A DNA stretch of 64,000 nt from Oikopleura dioica (taxonomy: Eukaryota; Animalia; Chordata): assembly GCA_907165135.1 (NCBI GenBank), contig OU015567.1, positions 806,001 through 870,000 of the forward strand, read 5' to 3'. The notes beneath the pieces were generated by a model. The model ran no database searches. It had not been told where the DNA came from and worked only from the letters and a program-made list of their open reading frames with translations. This document shows positions 24,806 to 38,891 of the stretch, piece after piece; the stretch's first letter is position 1; every line of letters begins with the position of its first letter. The position numbers were made by a program, and so were the translations under genes.

Positions 24806-25631
24806 CAGAATTTAAGAAGAAGTTTCGTCTTCAAATTCATTAAAGACTGAACTGTTTTAATTGTGAATTTTGATTCTTTTTCGTCGCAGCGAGAAGTGTA
24901 TTGAGTTGCCCATACTTCCAAGTTGTCGAAAATTTCAATTGTGTAGTCTTCGATTTTTTCCGCAGTCGATAGTCTTGAAAAATTATAATTAAAAAATTGA
25001 TGAAAGTGATTGAATAATCGAAAGATTAATCGACTTACTTTATTTCAGCTAAATGAGAGAAAAGACAATTATCTTGTTTTTTCTTGAATTCGTTCTTCAT
25101 TTGTCTCCTTTTTTGTTCAAGAGCTTGAATGGTTTTTTTCTGGAATCGTTTATTTCGTTTCGCTCTTTTGAAGACATTAATGTTCTCAATTTTTTCGACA
25201 TAAGCATCGACTAAAGAATCGAGTTGAATATCGGGATGGACGGATCCTGAACAGCAAAATCGCATTTGATCATTCTCGATCTCGTAGTCGGCTAGATTGC
25301 TTTCCTCGAAAAAGCTTTGAGCAAAAAGAAACGAGTTCAATTGAAAAGAGTCGTCGACTTGCTGAGCCGCGAAAGCTTGACAAATGTCGAAACGAAAATT
25401 CGCGTCATCCAAAAGAATGTTCCTTTTCTTTTCAACAAGATCGAATCCTTCAAAATAGGGGGTATAAAAGGGCCCTCCTTCTGCATTTTCAAAAATTCTG
25501 CCGTCTTCGGGTCTTTCTGCGTCATCGTCGCAGCTGAAAAAGCCGAAAGAATCAATTCCTTCTTCCGAAAAAGGTGGACAGCAAAGACGAACGTCGCATT
25601 TGCCGAAATGTTCACAGCTATCATTTTCCAT
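24806..25631 (-). CDS. Acidic orphan protein with a basic coiled coil (upstream exons probably extend to ~26640)
   Basis: 198-aa ORF spliced in phase 2 (AA|gtaag...tcaag|A) to last exon LSTAEKIEDY...KLLLKF*. Confidence 0.55.
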
Positions 25632-27648
25632 TTCTTTATAACATTTAACACATTTAATTTTAAAATCGATATTATGAGAAAATTTTTTGTAGACTGTTTC
25701 CTATAAAAGTTGAATTTTCCGGTTCATAAGGAACGCCGTTGAAAATAGAAGATCGAAGGACGAAATCATCGTGATTGGCCATGATTCGAAAGCCGGTGCA
25801 AATATCTTTTCTTTATCGAATTTCATTAAAAACTTAGACGAACGAAATCTTTTAATTCTATCATTTCTAACACATAAATTGATCGATTGCAAAAGTAAAA
25901 GACAATATTTTTTCTGCTATTTAAGCGTCGACTCAAATGGAAATTATTGAAAAATGAAATCCGTTCTCTTATTCCATCAAGTTTAAAAACATGATTTACA
26001 TTCCCGTCGGCGTATGTTGGAACAGATATCCATTCCGTGGTGAAAGCTTCCCATGGTTGAGTCGAATAGGTTAATTTTTCCGAGTTGCACTAAATACGTT
26101 ATTTATTTATTATTATGTTATTTATTTTTATTTATGTTATTTATTTTTAATACATTATTTTGAGCATAAGCGTAATAGAAAGGTGAATCAGCGATTCAGC
26201 ATCACAAATAAATCTTTAACTTCCAATATTAATGCCTTGATCAAGCGTTAAAATTGCCCGTTAGTTCTCGACTACTGTCTTTCTACTGAGAAAAGCAACT
26301 TTAAATTTTGTCTAAAAACATAAGTGAAAATTTGTCGAGCTTTCTTAATATTTTTACCTGTGCAGAGGCGCCTTGAAAGAAAAAAGGAATGAAAACAAAC
26401 ATCTTGCTTGAAATTCGCCTTTTTCTTTCCTCTTTTAAAATGAGAACTCAGGCGTCGCGGAGCATTTCTGCCGCGGCGCTCATGAACTGCAATCTTGCAA
26501 GAAAAATTGCTTGGATAGCGCTATTGAGACCGAAAGGTTCAACTTCTGATATAAATTCGTCAAATTTTGTTGGCCAATTCAAACGATGAAGTTTCTCATT
26601 TACCTCTTTTTCGCTGCTGCGCAAGCTTGCAATCATAATTCAAGACCAGAACCGAAGAAAAACCATGCAAGGATATGAAATTAAAATGTCCAGGCAATAC
26701 CGGTAAGATCTTAAAATAAACAAAAAATAATTTCAAAAGGTAAAATTCCCTCAATATACATTTGCATTGCTGAAACGGGAGGAGCTCGAAATTTTTCTGC
26801 ATGCAGAACTATTCTCAGTCGGAGTCCAAAATAAGAAACTCTTTTTGCTCCAAAATTTTCGAAAAAGTCCCTTAAATTGGGTCATCAAAGCAAAAATATG
26901 TCGCTGCCAAATTTTTCGAAGTATATTTTTAGCGGAAAAATAAGCTTAATTTATTGTTTTTGTGGTTTTGAAGACATTTTTGAAAGAGGAAAACATATTC
27001 TGAAAGGCGAATGACTTCCGTTTGCCGCATAACTGCTTGAAATCAAGGTTATTGATACCTTTTATTAGCAATCAACAAACAGAAAAAGCTTACTTATCTC
27101 AGAAAGTCCCTTAAATTCGATTTTTTTCTGCCGCTGATTTTCGGTATTTTGAGCAAAAAAGTCCCTTATCTTGGTGTCCCTTATTTTGGACTCTGACTGT
27201 ACATAAAAAAAAAGAAAAAATCTGATAAGAGAGGAACAATTTTGCGCTTTGCAGAAATATTCTGCCGAATGCAGAACAATTCTGCAAAAGTAAATTATTC
27301 TGCAAAAACAGATTTATTCTTCACAAACGCAGTACTACTCTGCTTAGTCATGAAAAAGATCATCATTTAAAGACAAAGCTTCAGTGTCTGAGAGCACGCT
27401 GCGGGCCTACGGCCTTTGCGCGCAAATTCTAGAAGGAAATTCATTTCTGAAGGTGGCCACTTTCTCTTCTTTCGGGCCTTAGCTGAAAATGGTTAGTGCG
27501 CAATCTTATTCAAGCAAACCATAAGCCCGTAGCTCAACTGAACTGTTTAAGATCTGGTGGCTCATGCCATTTACTAAATTCTAATAAGCAGCCGCCTCTG
27601 TTCAGCTTGAGAGGTGCCAAATTTTTTTATTTTTAAATTTATTTTGTA

Positions 27649-28488
27649 GATAAATACGCTTATGTCAAACGGACCCGAAAAGGCGACAAATGCATTGTTG
27701 ACGATTGGAAGGATCTGACTAGAACGGACTCGACGAATGTTATTGACAAATAGTAAGTTAAACTTAAAATAAAAATTCAGTTCTTTTTCCGAAGTTCTGA
27801 CAATGACGCTTTCCGATTTTTCAAGTTTTAGGGCAGACTCAGGTTTAATGGCTCATCTTAAATGGGCATGATTAGGAGCTTTTATAGGAGCACTCGCTCA
27901 CAAGTCTCGCTCAAGGTCCTACTCAATTTCTGAGCTACAGCTTTAACTCGACTTTTAATGCTTGTACTCGCTCTAAAGCTTGATTAAGCGAGCCTTGATA
28001 GACATTAGATTTGCGTCGTTGTAATCATTCATTATATGCGAAAAATTTCTATGATCAAAATAGTATGTCAAAAATGACATGATATCAATGACATTCGAAA
28101 AAAGGGGCCAATTCGCACATGCGTTAAAAGTAACATAAAATTTAGTTGCAAAGATTCAACACCACTTTCGGACAAATGTTGGGACCACATTTTGCCGAAC
28201 AAAACAAGACCCTGCTCAATTCCGACAGAAGTTCACGAGTTCAAGCAGATATTCAAGAACGATCTATTGGGTATTTGCCCTGAATATGTCATCGACAAGG
28301 TTGCACGAGTTTTGAAGAGGGTTAATGAAGAGGTCATCATTAAAACATGTCATTTGCAACCGTCTTGTTTAATTCATGACAGATGTTTTTTAATCGTCGA
28401 CAATCATCCAGATGAAGGTAGGTTACATGTATTTCTGTCTGGTTGGCAGACAGCTTGTTTGAATTTGCATAAATTTGAAGAGTCTTAA
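27649..28488 (+). CDS. Probable multi-exon orphan gene
   Basis: Exon DKYAYVKRTRKGDKCIVDDWKDL flanked by AG/GTAAG; terminal Cys/His-containing exon ~28147-28488. Confidence 0.35.
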
Positions 28489-29081
28489 AACATCCGGATT
28501 TTAAGAAGAAGGGTTTACCTATATAAGTTCTGCGCGACTTTTTAACGCATGAACGCACGAAATTTTTTCCTGCTGAACGCATATTCTGCGCAGAACCTTT
28601 AGAGCGCTCTAGCGACGATTGTGGTCGAGATTGGAATAAATCAAAGCTATGAAAATGAAGCTCAGACACTTGCAAACAAGCCCATAATAGTTCTTAATAC
28701 TAACCCTAACCCGAACCTCGCGAAAGATAGTGATTTCTAAAATTACCTGAAAATTAACCAGTTTTTTCCATTTCTTTTTCTGTTTCATTAATCTCAAGAA
28801 CAAATGCAGAAAAAAGTTTTGTTGTAAAGCTTAAAAGCATGATACGAAAAAATCGGAAATTTTCTTTCTTAAGCCAAATTTTTATTCTGACGTTAAAAAT
28901 TTTTTTTTGATACCAGATTCGAATTCCTCATCGAAAAAGGGCTCCTAAAGTGGGGTTCCATTTAAAATTTTCGTCAAGCAAAGTATGAGGTATCGAGCTT
29001 CAAAGGGGCTCTGCGAAGAAATCAGCGCAATATGCGTTCAAGCGTTAAGAATTTTTTTTTCAATAAATTTCTTTCTTTGTA

Positions 29082-29534
29082 GGGTACTCACATGCCAAAT
29101 GTAACACTGACCAAAAAAACAATATGATGACGATTGCAACTCAAAGAAAAAACGAAGATTGGAATAATCGTTATTGTCCTGCCGTTGTTAATTTCCTCTA
29201 CATTGCCCTTAATGCTGCCGAGTAAGAGCTCACGATCTTTATGGGACTCGATATTAAATTGCATTTTAGTGGATGCAAATTCTTGGATTTTAAATGTTTC
29301 GGCGAACAAATCGGAGAATCCCTCGTCACAGGATCGTGGTGGCAACATGGTTCTGCTATTTACGCTGCAAAACCTGTATGGAATATTCTCGTTGAGGAAT
29401 TAGATTTAAAATTTTATCATCTCTTGAATCCTTTAATCATCTTCGATTACCTTAAATGTATCCTTTCTGGTTCACTTGTCGTTGTACTTGATAATCTCGA
29501 TTATGGTGAATGGAACGGACCATGCAAGGACTAG
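29082..29534 (+). CDS. 3' part of an orphan Cys-containing protein (2 exons seen)
   Basis: GYSHAKCNTDQK...NAAD spliced (gtaag...ttttag, 48 nt) in phase to GCKFLDFKCFGEQ...WNGPCKD*. Confidence 0.5.
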
Positions 29535-29699
29535 TAAAACTCCTTTCTGAAAAAAAAATAAAAGAAATACTATTTTTATCATTTATTCTATTGTTTTTTT
29601 TTCGCAGATGAACAAATTGCAAAATTTATATATGTTCATAAATGAATAAAATATGTTGATTGTCTTATTATCGAAGCATTTAAATTTTAACGATCTAAG

Positions 29700-30164
29700 C
29701 AGGGATCTAAATTTTTGTCGAAAATCAATTGCGATTGCGATGCGATTGCGACGCAGAATACTCCGCAAATTGCGATGCGATTGCGATTTTTTTCGCGAAT
29801 TGCGAATTTTTCTCGAATTGAGATTTTGTCATTATTTTCGGAATTTTAGCGTAAAAAAATTAATTTTCAAGGAATTACAAAAGAATTTTTGAAGTCAGGC
29901 TTTCAATTCAGCTTTTGGAACATAGATAATAGGCTCTCAGTCAAAGAAAACCCATGTAAGAATAACAAGGGAGCGTTTTGATAAGACCGAAATTCGCAAA
30001 AAAATCGCAATTTGCGAACCATTAGCAAAAACTGAGCTGCGATTGCGATGCGATTGCGATTTGATCGAAAACATTTTTGCGATTGCGAATTTTCTGCGAA
30101 ATTTCGCATTGCAATCGCAAAATATTCGCTTACTGCGATTTTTGCGAAAAAAGTTAGATCCCTG
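29700..30164. mobile_element. hAT-type MITE with TTGCGA/GCGATT internal repeats
   Basis: TIR CAGGGATCTAA; 8-bp TSD GATCTAAG. Confidence 0.92.
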
Positions 30165-30614
30165 GATCTAAGTGTGTATAACTTAAAAAATCCATTAAAA
30201 ACCAAAAAAAATTGCAACTTACAAGTTAAAATAATGAGTTTAACCCCAAGACATTCCTAGAAGGCCTCATATTTCATTTTTCGAATTTTCTATTTATTGA
30301 CCAAAACGTTGACGGGAGGAGGATTCTTTATTTTATTGTGAAACAAATGTTTGGAAATAATTTTCAAGATAACCATCGCGAAAAATTATTTGAACTTTAA
30401 GGACCCCCTCCCTTCACCTATAAAGGGAATCCCGGGGTTATGCCGAAAACCCCGGGATTCGGAGGCTGGTCAATGACCACTGGCCATTTTCGACGACTCT
30501 AGAACGCCCCAATAAGGATAGGATTTGTTTTTGTGGTCTCTAGCCTAACCCTAACTTAGTTTTAAACTAATATAACTTTAAATAATATAACTAATAAACT
30601 TTATAATTTAAAGA

Positions 30615-30965
30615 AAGACCCCCCGCCGTTAACAAATTAATTCGAAAAATCGAAAATATCACGACAGCCATATTTTGGCTTCTGAGTGTGCCTAAAAGTT
30701 CAATACATCATTAAAACTTGTTCGGACCATTTTTTGACCAACGAAAATCTTAAATTTCAGCAAAATTCGGTTTTTTTTTTCGTCATTTTTCGTCCAAAAG
30801 TCAGTTTTCAAACGCGATTTTGAGGGTATTAGAGTCGAGATAGACCCCCAAAAAATGAAGCCTCAAAATCGTTTTATGACCTGTAGAATCCATAATTTTC
30901 ATAATAAGGTCAAAATGAGATTCCGAAAACAGATTTTTCAAAAATTGTTGATTAGTTATCCCGGG
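30615..30965. mobile_element. Degenerate Kolobok-like MITE copy
   Basis: Shares GCCATATTTTGGCTTC and GAGTCGAGATAGACCCC..AAAATGAAGCCTCAAAATCG with 24333-24668. Confidence 0.75.
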
Positions 30966-31629
30966 GATTACCCTAACCCTTTTTTGAGAATATTTTTGTT
31001 TTAAAATTTTAAATATATAACACTGAAGCGTTTCTAGAACACTTCGGATTTGACCTTTCGAATCCCTGGGATTGGGAGGACACCCGAGTTTCTTCCATTT
31101 CATTCATTTTTGGTAACTTGTCTGGGATTGATACTAGGTTCACAATTGAGTTTAGGTTTCGGGCTGTGTTTAAGTTTGGGTTAAGGAGGTAGTCCCTGCT
31201 TTTTGTGATTTCGGCAGTTTTTGAACAGCGCTCAGACAAATTTGAGCTGAAGTTGAAGAACAAAAACCATATGAATAGAAAGCTCGAACCCTGTTCTAAA
31301 GTTGCCAGTTCCCAAAAGATATTTTTCTTGACCGCTTGAGGAGCTAGAGTGCGATATTCTTACTCAAACCGAGCAAAATCGCCATTTTTGCCTATTTTCA
31401 AACACGCGTAAAACCGTAAAAATATTGAAATAAATTTAAACTTCATATATTTTTAGGAAGCTTATTCCTTCGTCTAAAGTTGCCACCCAACAAAATTCAG
31501 AAACTCAAAAAATCCATAATGTAAGACCTTCGATTAAAAGTTGGGTCTCAAAATTTGAAAATCGGAGTTTTCGAAGTAAGATAACTCTATTAAAACCCTT
31601 ATATCAGTACTAATTCTTCGTCCGATTTT

Positions 31630-31890
31630 TTTTAAATTAGACTGTCTTGTAGAAAATCGTCGGGTCTACAACTCCTGTTGTTCAGATTTTTGTTTTAAGC
31701 TTGCATTAATTTTATATCGTAATTTGAAAGGAGTGCTACTCTTTCTCGCGCCTCTCCGCTGCATATTTCTCGCGCCGCGCTTGGTTTGAAGCTAGATTGG
31801 TTCTCGCGCTAAGCCGAAATGAAAATTCTGAAAAACAGGAATTGTAGAGCTGACAATTCTCTACAAGACAGTCTAATTTTCAAAAAATTT
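31630..31890. repeat. Foldback element with ~60-bp inverted arms
   Basis: AATTAGACTGTCTTGTAGA ... TCTACAAGACAGTCTAATT around a GC-rich core. Confidence 0.7.
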
Positions 31891-34183
31891 GGATGAGAAA
31901 ATTCGGAGAAAATGTCATGGAAGGTTGCAATTAGCCTGGGTACGGTTGTTTTGAAGTCTGAAATAACATGTTCTAGAGATTTTTTAGGAAAATGGAGGCG
32001 CAAAGGTAGCGAAAGTTGGCCACTTTCAAAAATGAGTACCCAGGCTAATTGCATACTTCCAATGTCATTTGTAGGAGACTGGCGGTTTTCACATTGTTCC
32101 TCTTTGACAATTGTTACCATTTTCGATCAGTTTATAGAAGAGAGTTTAAGGATCCCGAATCTGTTTAAATCTTGGAAAAATCTCGATCCGTTCAGATTTT
32201 ATGGCCTCGTTAGAAATAGGTTCTTGCGGAGCGCGGATCGAGCGAGCGGCGCCGCGCCGATGTATACCATTACCCTTAAGGGGTGATCGAAATATCACTT
32301 GTGCATATTGTCTGCATATGAATTGTATATTTTGGAAATAACAGATCCTGCCGAATTTGTCTAAAATCATGTGATAAAAATTTTAGGGGGCGTTGAAGGG
32401 GGCGAAATTAACAAAATTATAAAAAATTAAGATCCTGGGAGAATATGGCTCTTGGCAGATTATTATTTTAGATCGAAAGTTTTATAAAAGACACCTTATT
32501 TTTCAGAGAGATTTACGAAAACCTATAGGCCCGGAATAAAAATCATAAAAATAAAGTGAAGAAAAAAACAAGTTTAAAAAAAATCAGCAGGTTGTATGAC
32601 TATCGCATGCTATTTTTTCTTTTCAAGATATTCACGGAATTGACAATACTATGACGGCCTTTTGAAAGAGTGCGCTAGCTGGCGCTGTCCTGCCATATCC
32701 CGTGTCTTCGATTTTGCAATCAGTCACAAGAGAAAAAAGAGATCGTTCGGGGCTAAGTTAACAAAGCTAAGATTATGAGTTGCGGCTTGCCTAAAGATAT
32801 AGTCATTACTTAAATAAAAGTCTAAGATAGTCTGTAGATAAGAGAAACTTCTTTAAATCTGCTGGTAGTTACTAATCTGAGGAAAACAAAAATTAAAGAC
32901 CCTCAAGCCAGTCCACTTTTGGTTAAATTCATAATTTTTTTTCGATTTTTGGTAGCCGAGGTGACGAATAAAACTTTTCATTATATAATTGTTGGGATAT
33001 TTATTAAAATTTCTGAGAACACCGGCCTACAAAATGCCAATTTCGCACGTTTTTCGAGAATATCTTTAATTTGCCAGAAAAAAGTTAAACAAGAGCTCAC
33101 TCACTGTTTCACAAAAATTTTGCCTTTTGAAGACAGACCCAAATCCGATTGATTGGATATTTATCTTCTATTCAAGCTGAGGGTTCGCCATTAAATATCG
33201 ATCAGACAAAGATATGCTTCTAAAAAAAAAAAGTCAAACATTAAAAAATTCATCATATTTTGTGCAGAATTATTCAAAAGATAGAGTTAATCACAGCCCC
33301 GCGAAATGCAATTTTCGCAAACATTTTTTCGGGTCTTCAACTAAGGTTGAACTTTCACTCTCATAGTTAATAAAGGAAACTGAAGAGTTCTCATAAATTA
33401 GGGACTATTTCAAAAAATCATTTCGTAAAGAAGAAATTATGAACGATTGAAAATTTGAAAAATCGAAAGATGCACCTCCTGAGGTGCATTTGGCGGGGCA
33501 GGGTTAAAGGCTTTTATAATTTATCTAAATGTTAACAAAGGTTAATCAAGGAGGGTTTTTCCAATATTTCGAAAAAATCGTTGAGGAGGTCTTTTATAGA
33601 AAATTATAGAGAAAATAGTCTGGGACTTACCTAGCTCACAATTTGAGCAAGCAGTCTTCTATGTCCAAATAAATTTTAAATGACAGTGACAACCCAGTAT
33701 TAGGCTGCAATTTTGATGTTTAATCCTCCAGCACAGATCAATATTGGCAATATCGGTTATTTAGCTTTAATTCTGAGCGTCCCAGAAATTCTCAAATCTC
33801 TTTGTTCAAGATGAATTATGCCGTAATTTTGCAAAGTTTTAAACACCAATTTATGCTAAGCCTGATCAAACTCGCCAAGATGAGAGAAGCGATTTTCTGG
33901 CAGTTAGACTTTCTAATATGCAAGAAAATCTAATATGCCAGAAAATCTTATTTCCAGAAAATCGCCTCTTTCGATTTTGAATTTACAGTTAATGATCCTG
34001 GAAGGTAAAAAACGGAGAGAAGAAAAGCTCGGAAGTCATCTTTTGCCCTCATTCTACCGCCGTTTCATTTTGACTGTGTGCACTCTCATTTTGTTCACAG
34101 AAATAAAGCCTTTTTCTGCTCCAAAAAAAAAGAACTCTTTTTTCTTACACCTCCTTGAACTTTCCGCGGCACCTAAGAAAATC

Positions 34184-34275
34184 GGATACACAACGTTTTG
34201 ATCAAACCGACGTTCTGATCATTGAGGAGAACGTCGGTTTAACGAAACGTCGTTTGAGGAAAACGTAGTGTATCC
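34184..34275. mobile_element. 92-bp MULE-like mini-MITE
   Basis: TIR GGATACACAACGTTT / AAACGTAGTGTATCC; 9-bp TSD AAGAAAATC. Confidence 0.9.
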
Positions 34276-34732
34276 AAGAAAATCGACGTTTTCGGCGCCG
34301 CGCGAGTTGTCACGCGACCATCGCGGATCTCGAGCCTTATCATCCGGCCACAACGTTTATTCCTCTGACCGATTTCTCATTTTTCTAAATTTATGAATTT
34401 TACTTAAATGATATTTAAGAAATAATGATATCATGATTTTTCTCAGCGGGATTTAAGCTTTCAAATGATACCAATGTTATGAAATCAATTTTCGAGAACA
34501 AAACTGGGACATGATCTCCCGCCGAAAATATGAGGAAATGTCTAATTTTATCAAGATAAATAAACATAAATCGAACATGGGTGACTAGTACGCACATAAA
34601 TACTCGGCAGAAAATTCTCTCTTGTCCAAAAGTAGCTGAACTTCCACAAGATCCAACAGTAGAATACACAAAAATTTTCGCAGAAAACAGTATATGAATG
34701 ATGACGATGATGGCATTTTTAATTTTATGGTA

Positions 34733-34921
34733 AGAACATCTTGAAAAGGATATCCAAAATGAACTTTTGAAAGGGCGTTTCTCGTGAAACTCGGTGACGC
34801 ACCGTTTATAATTGAAACTTCCGGATGAGGTGACCGCTCTTGCCATAATGGCTCCTTTTCTTAAAGATTTAAGAAGGTCAATTTAAAGGTCTTTCAGATA
34901 AGATCGTCACCAGCACCGTCA
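34733..34921. repeat. Dispersed ~190-bp repeat, copy 1
   Basis: AACATCTTGAAAAGGATATCCAAAATGAACTTTTGAAAGGGCG...CGTCACCAGCACCGTCA; second copy at ~39972-40147. Confidence 0.85.
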
Positions 34922-35846
34922 TACTAAACGAGTTTTCTTTGTGTTTATAGAAAAAAGATGACCGCAAGAAATAGTAAGGCATCATAATTGGCAAAAAAGG
35001 GCCGACGCCAAAAGAAGAAACCCCGGACTACGGTTATACGATAACGTAAAACTTTGTTACTTCAAATATTTCGGCCTCACTTTTAAAATTTCAAAAATTT
35101 TTGGACGGGCGCCGCTCTCACTTGTTACGTACCCTAGAAAAATCAGTCTACCTATAATTTATAGGAGAAAATGATTTTTATAGGCTATGAAAGACTTTGG
35201 CAATTTTGTTTGTTCTTGTCTTCTTTTTGTTCAAATTCGGAGATTTTGAACGCTTAAAGGGGGGGACGTCAATATGGATTTTCAGTGGTGATCGAAATCA
35301 CACTTATACAAATAGTGTGCATATGAATTATATATTTTTGGAATCTACAGATTCTGGCGAGTCTATTGAGCCTAAAATCGTATGATGAAAATAAGTTTTA
35401 GGGGGTTAAATTGAGAAAATTGTTAAAAAAATGAACGTTTTTGGTCGATTTTTGCGAAAATGGCCCTTTTTTACGGGATTTTAGACCGATTTCTTTCTAG
35501 CCAAATTTTTTTCTTGTTTTCGCGGATGAATTCTTTAAACCCTGTTATTTTCCCATAACAATTTGTTTTTTCTTTATCCAATCTTTATCCAATCAGGTTT
35601 TCCCGCTTTTTTGCTCAAGAAAAACCCTGATATTGACGACCATCCCCTTAAATATAGGGGGAGGTGGACGGAAATTTTATTTTTCGATTTTCAAATTTTT
35701 GATTATTTTTTTGAATTCTCCATAAAAAAAGAATCATTTTTGGTCCCCAGCTTTTTTTGATTGGATAAACTTTGATATAGAAAATTTTTGATTTTAAGTC
35801 GAGATTCTTCGGAATTTTAGAATTTGTTTTTTTTTTTCGCACTTAA

Positions 35847-36346
35847 GGACCCACCCGTCATGTTTGACGATTTTTGGGAATTGATTCTCTGAGTTCTGAG
35901 GATCATTTTTCTTTATTGTCGTAAAATTCTATTTCGACTTTTTGACCCTCAAAATCGTCTTTGAAAATCATGATTTTCGGGCTTTTTTAGCTAAATTTGC
36001 CCATTTTTCGGCCGATCACCAACCTTCAAACACTTTTTCTTTAGTGAAACCCTTAAGATATCATCATAAACTTGGTGCGGTGCCCTCGACAAGGGTCTCA
36101 GCTAAATTTTCAACATAAAAAAATTTTGATCAGTTAAGGTGATCACAATGATATCACTGTTTGAAAAATATTTTCACTTTAACTTATCGTTGCGACACCC
36201 TTAAGAGGCCTATAAGCTTGTTTTCCTTCTGGTGCCCTAGAGCAACTATCGGGCTACAAAATAATTCAAAAATATTTCAAAAAACTTAAGGGGATCAACC
36301 CGAAAACCGTGTTTGAAAAAGTCATTATCAGATGACGGAGGGGTCC
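35847..36346. mobile_element. Kolobok-like MITE (500 bp)
   Basis: TTAA|GGACCCACCCGTCAT...ATGACGGAGGGGTCC|TTAA. Confidence 0.8.
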
Positions 36347-37020
36347 TTAAACCAATAAAACTTAATTTTCTTATGTATAATTAATTTTTTTAACAGATTA
36401 AAACTGTTAATATCAAAAAATTACGGGTTTAAGCGATTTTTTGGAAAATTTCAATAAAAAAAAAAAAATAACGATTTTTAAGCAAAAACAACATTTTTAA
36501 ATCGGCCGTTACGACCTTTATTACCATTGCAACCCTATTTTTTCTCCACGTTTGCCTCTAAATCTTCGTCTAAAGAATACTTTTCATCAGTAAAATTTTT
36601 AAAATTTTTGAGGATTTGGCCGGAATCCTTGTTAAGTAGGGTCGTCTTTAAGGACTTAGTTTAGATTATCATAGACTAGTTTCCCGCATTTAAGGGGGTC
36701 CCCATTTTCGAAATCGGCAATTTTTGAACAGAACTGAGCGATAGATGCTCTTGAATTTTGGAATTAAAACACTCTTAGGTTGGAGATCTATGCCTCAACT
36801 TAAAATCAAATTTTTATGAAAAAAATTTATCTCGCAGTTTTGGCGCTAGAGAGCGCGGAGGTGATAGATGAAAATGACTTCTGCGGAGCAAAATCCTGAC
36901 CTCAATATTTTTAGTGCTTAGTTTGTAGCGCAGAATCTAAGGAGTCGAATGGTACAATTTTTATGTGTCCAAGCCACGAAGAATGTCAAATTCTAGCGCC
37001 TAAAGTACCTGAAAATGACA

Positions 37021-37295
37021 GGTCATGAAGCCCTGTGTCTCCACAAATTTTCGAAAAAGTATGGACATATGGGTATCATTCGAAAGCCAAGCTGAAACTG
37101 TGTATGGGCACCTGGTGCGCAAGTAATGATTCTGAAAAAATTTTTATTGAAAATTTTTTGTCTCAAAAATATTTTTTCGCTTGGAATTTTCTCTTGCGCA
37201 GTGGGTGCCTATACACAGTTTAAGCTAAGCTTTTCAACGATAGCAAAATCTCCATATAATTCTGAAAATTTTCGGAGATACAGGGCTTCATGACC
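37021..37295. mobile_element. MITE with ~22-bp TIR
   Basis: GGTCATGAAGCCCTGTGTCTCC / GGAGATACAGGGCTTCATGACC; TSD not resolved. Confidence 0.75.
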
Positions 37296-37782
37296 ATTTT
37301 TCAAAAGGGGGCCTTTATGACGTCATATGTGATGACTCAGACCCTCAAAATTATACCATTCGAATCCTTAGGCGTTGTTCTTTCGAATGAGCATAAGAAA
37401 TATAGGGGCTAGAATTTTGCTCCGCAAAAGTCATTTTCAAGTATCAGGTGTCATATTTCGGAAAAAGCGATTTCCACATATTTTCAAACACGCCTCGAGC
37501 CCACAAAATTATAAATTTTTTCAAACTAAATATATGAAGCTCACTCTCACAATTTTGCCCTCTTTTAATTTAAGTCGAAAAGTTGTATTTAGAAGCAACT
37601 TACTTTGATCAAGAAATATAATGAAGGACAGTTTGATTCTCCAAAAATCTTTATGTAATAACCAAGATTCAAAAAATGGTAGACACTGACTATGTAGCGA
37701 ATGTCCCCGAATGTCCCCAATGTCCCCGAATGTCCCTGAATGTCCCCAATGTTCCGAATGTTCCCGTCAAATCTTACAAAAA

Positions 37783-38078
37783 GGGTGTAGGGCGGCCACG
37801 TTCTGCAGCAGAACGGCGTTCTGCAAATGCAGAATGGCGTTCTGCAAATACAGAACGGCGTTCTGCACTCAAAATATATGCGCTTCGCGCCTGTCTTAAA
37901 GGAAATCTCAGAATTTTTCAAGTATGAGTTATTCTTTAAGCTTAGCTGAATGCGTTAAAACTGATAAGAATCAAGTTACATCGTAAAAATTCTCATGCAG
38001 AACGCCATTATGCATTTGCAGAACGCCGTTCTGTTTTTGCAGAACGCCGTTCTGGCAGAACGTGGCCGCCCGTCACCC
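37783..38078. mobile_element. MITE with GCAGAACG repeats, flanked by inverted AATGTCCCC arrays
   Basis: TIR GGGTG..GGGCGGCCACGTTCTGC; 8-bp TSD TACAAAAA. Confidence 0.88.
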
Positions 38079-38453
38079 TACAAAAACACTGGAAAACGAG
38101 AACTAAACAACAACTTCTCTGTCTCAAGAACGTTATTGTTTTGACAAATAGTCAAAATAAGGTAGCGCTCCGCGCAATTCGTGGAAGAAAACTCATTGAT
38201 TTTGGTAAAAACTCGTCTCTAGAACAAAATTATTTTGAAAATTTCTGTTTTCCCTGTGATATATATTTTTTTCAAAAGGCCAAAAACTAAAAATCGGGGA
38301 CATTCGGGACATTGGGGACATTCGCTACATTGCAAGGGCTTTCCCAAAAAATGACGATTTCCGAAGTTTTCACCATGCGAATTGGCCTCCGGGCATAGCC
38401 TAGACTCATCTTTTTCGGCATAAATAGATAGCAAAAGTCAAAAACTCTCTTAA

Positions 38454-38798
38454 GGACCCCCCCCCCACTCACTTTTCCTCAAAATAACGAAAATTTCAAA
38501 ACCGCCATATTTTGGCTTCTTTATGTGCCTGGAACTTTTATTTATCATACAAACTTGGTCGGAGCAATTTCAGACCAATAAAAATCAAAAATTTTACTAA
38601 AATTAGGTTTTTTCGTCGTTTTTCGTCAAAAACTCCAATTTTCAAAGGCGATTTTGAGGGTGTTCGAGTCGAGATAGACCCCCAAAAAATGAAGCCTCAA
38701 AATCGTTATTTGACCCGTAGAATCCATTTCCGGGGTCAAAATTTTAAAATTCCGAAAATTGATTTTTCAAAAATTGTTGACGGGGGGGGGGGGGGTCC
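38454..38798. mobile_element. Kolobok-like MITE
   Basis: TTAA|GGACCCCCC...GTTGACGGGG..GTCC|TTAA. Confidence 0.88.
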
Positions 38799-38891
38799 TT
38801 AAATTATATCATTCGCGGCCCTGGGACAATTTTAAAAAAGGGATAACTTCTTCATTTTCATGGAAACACCTCCAAAATGACCACTTCAAGC

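Noticed and set aside
27522-27580. GCCCGTAGCTCAACTG resembling a tRNA 5' end
   Set aside because: No B-box/T-arm or acceptor-stem partner downstream
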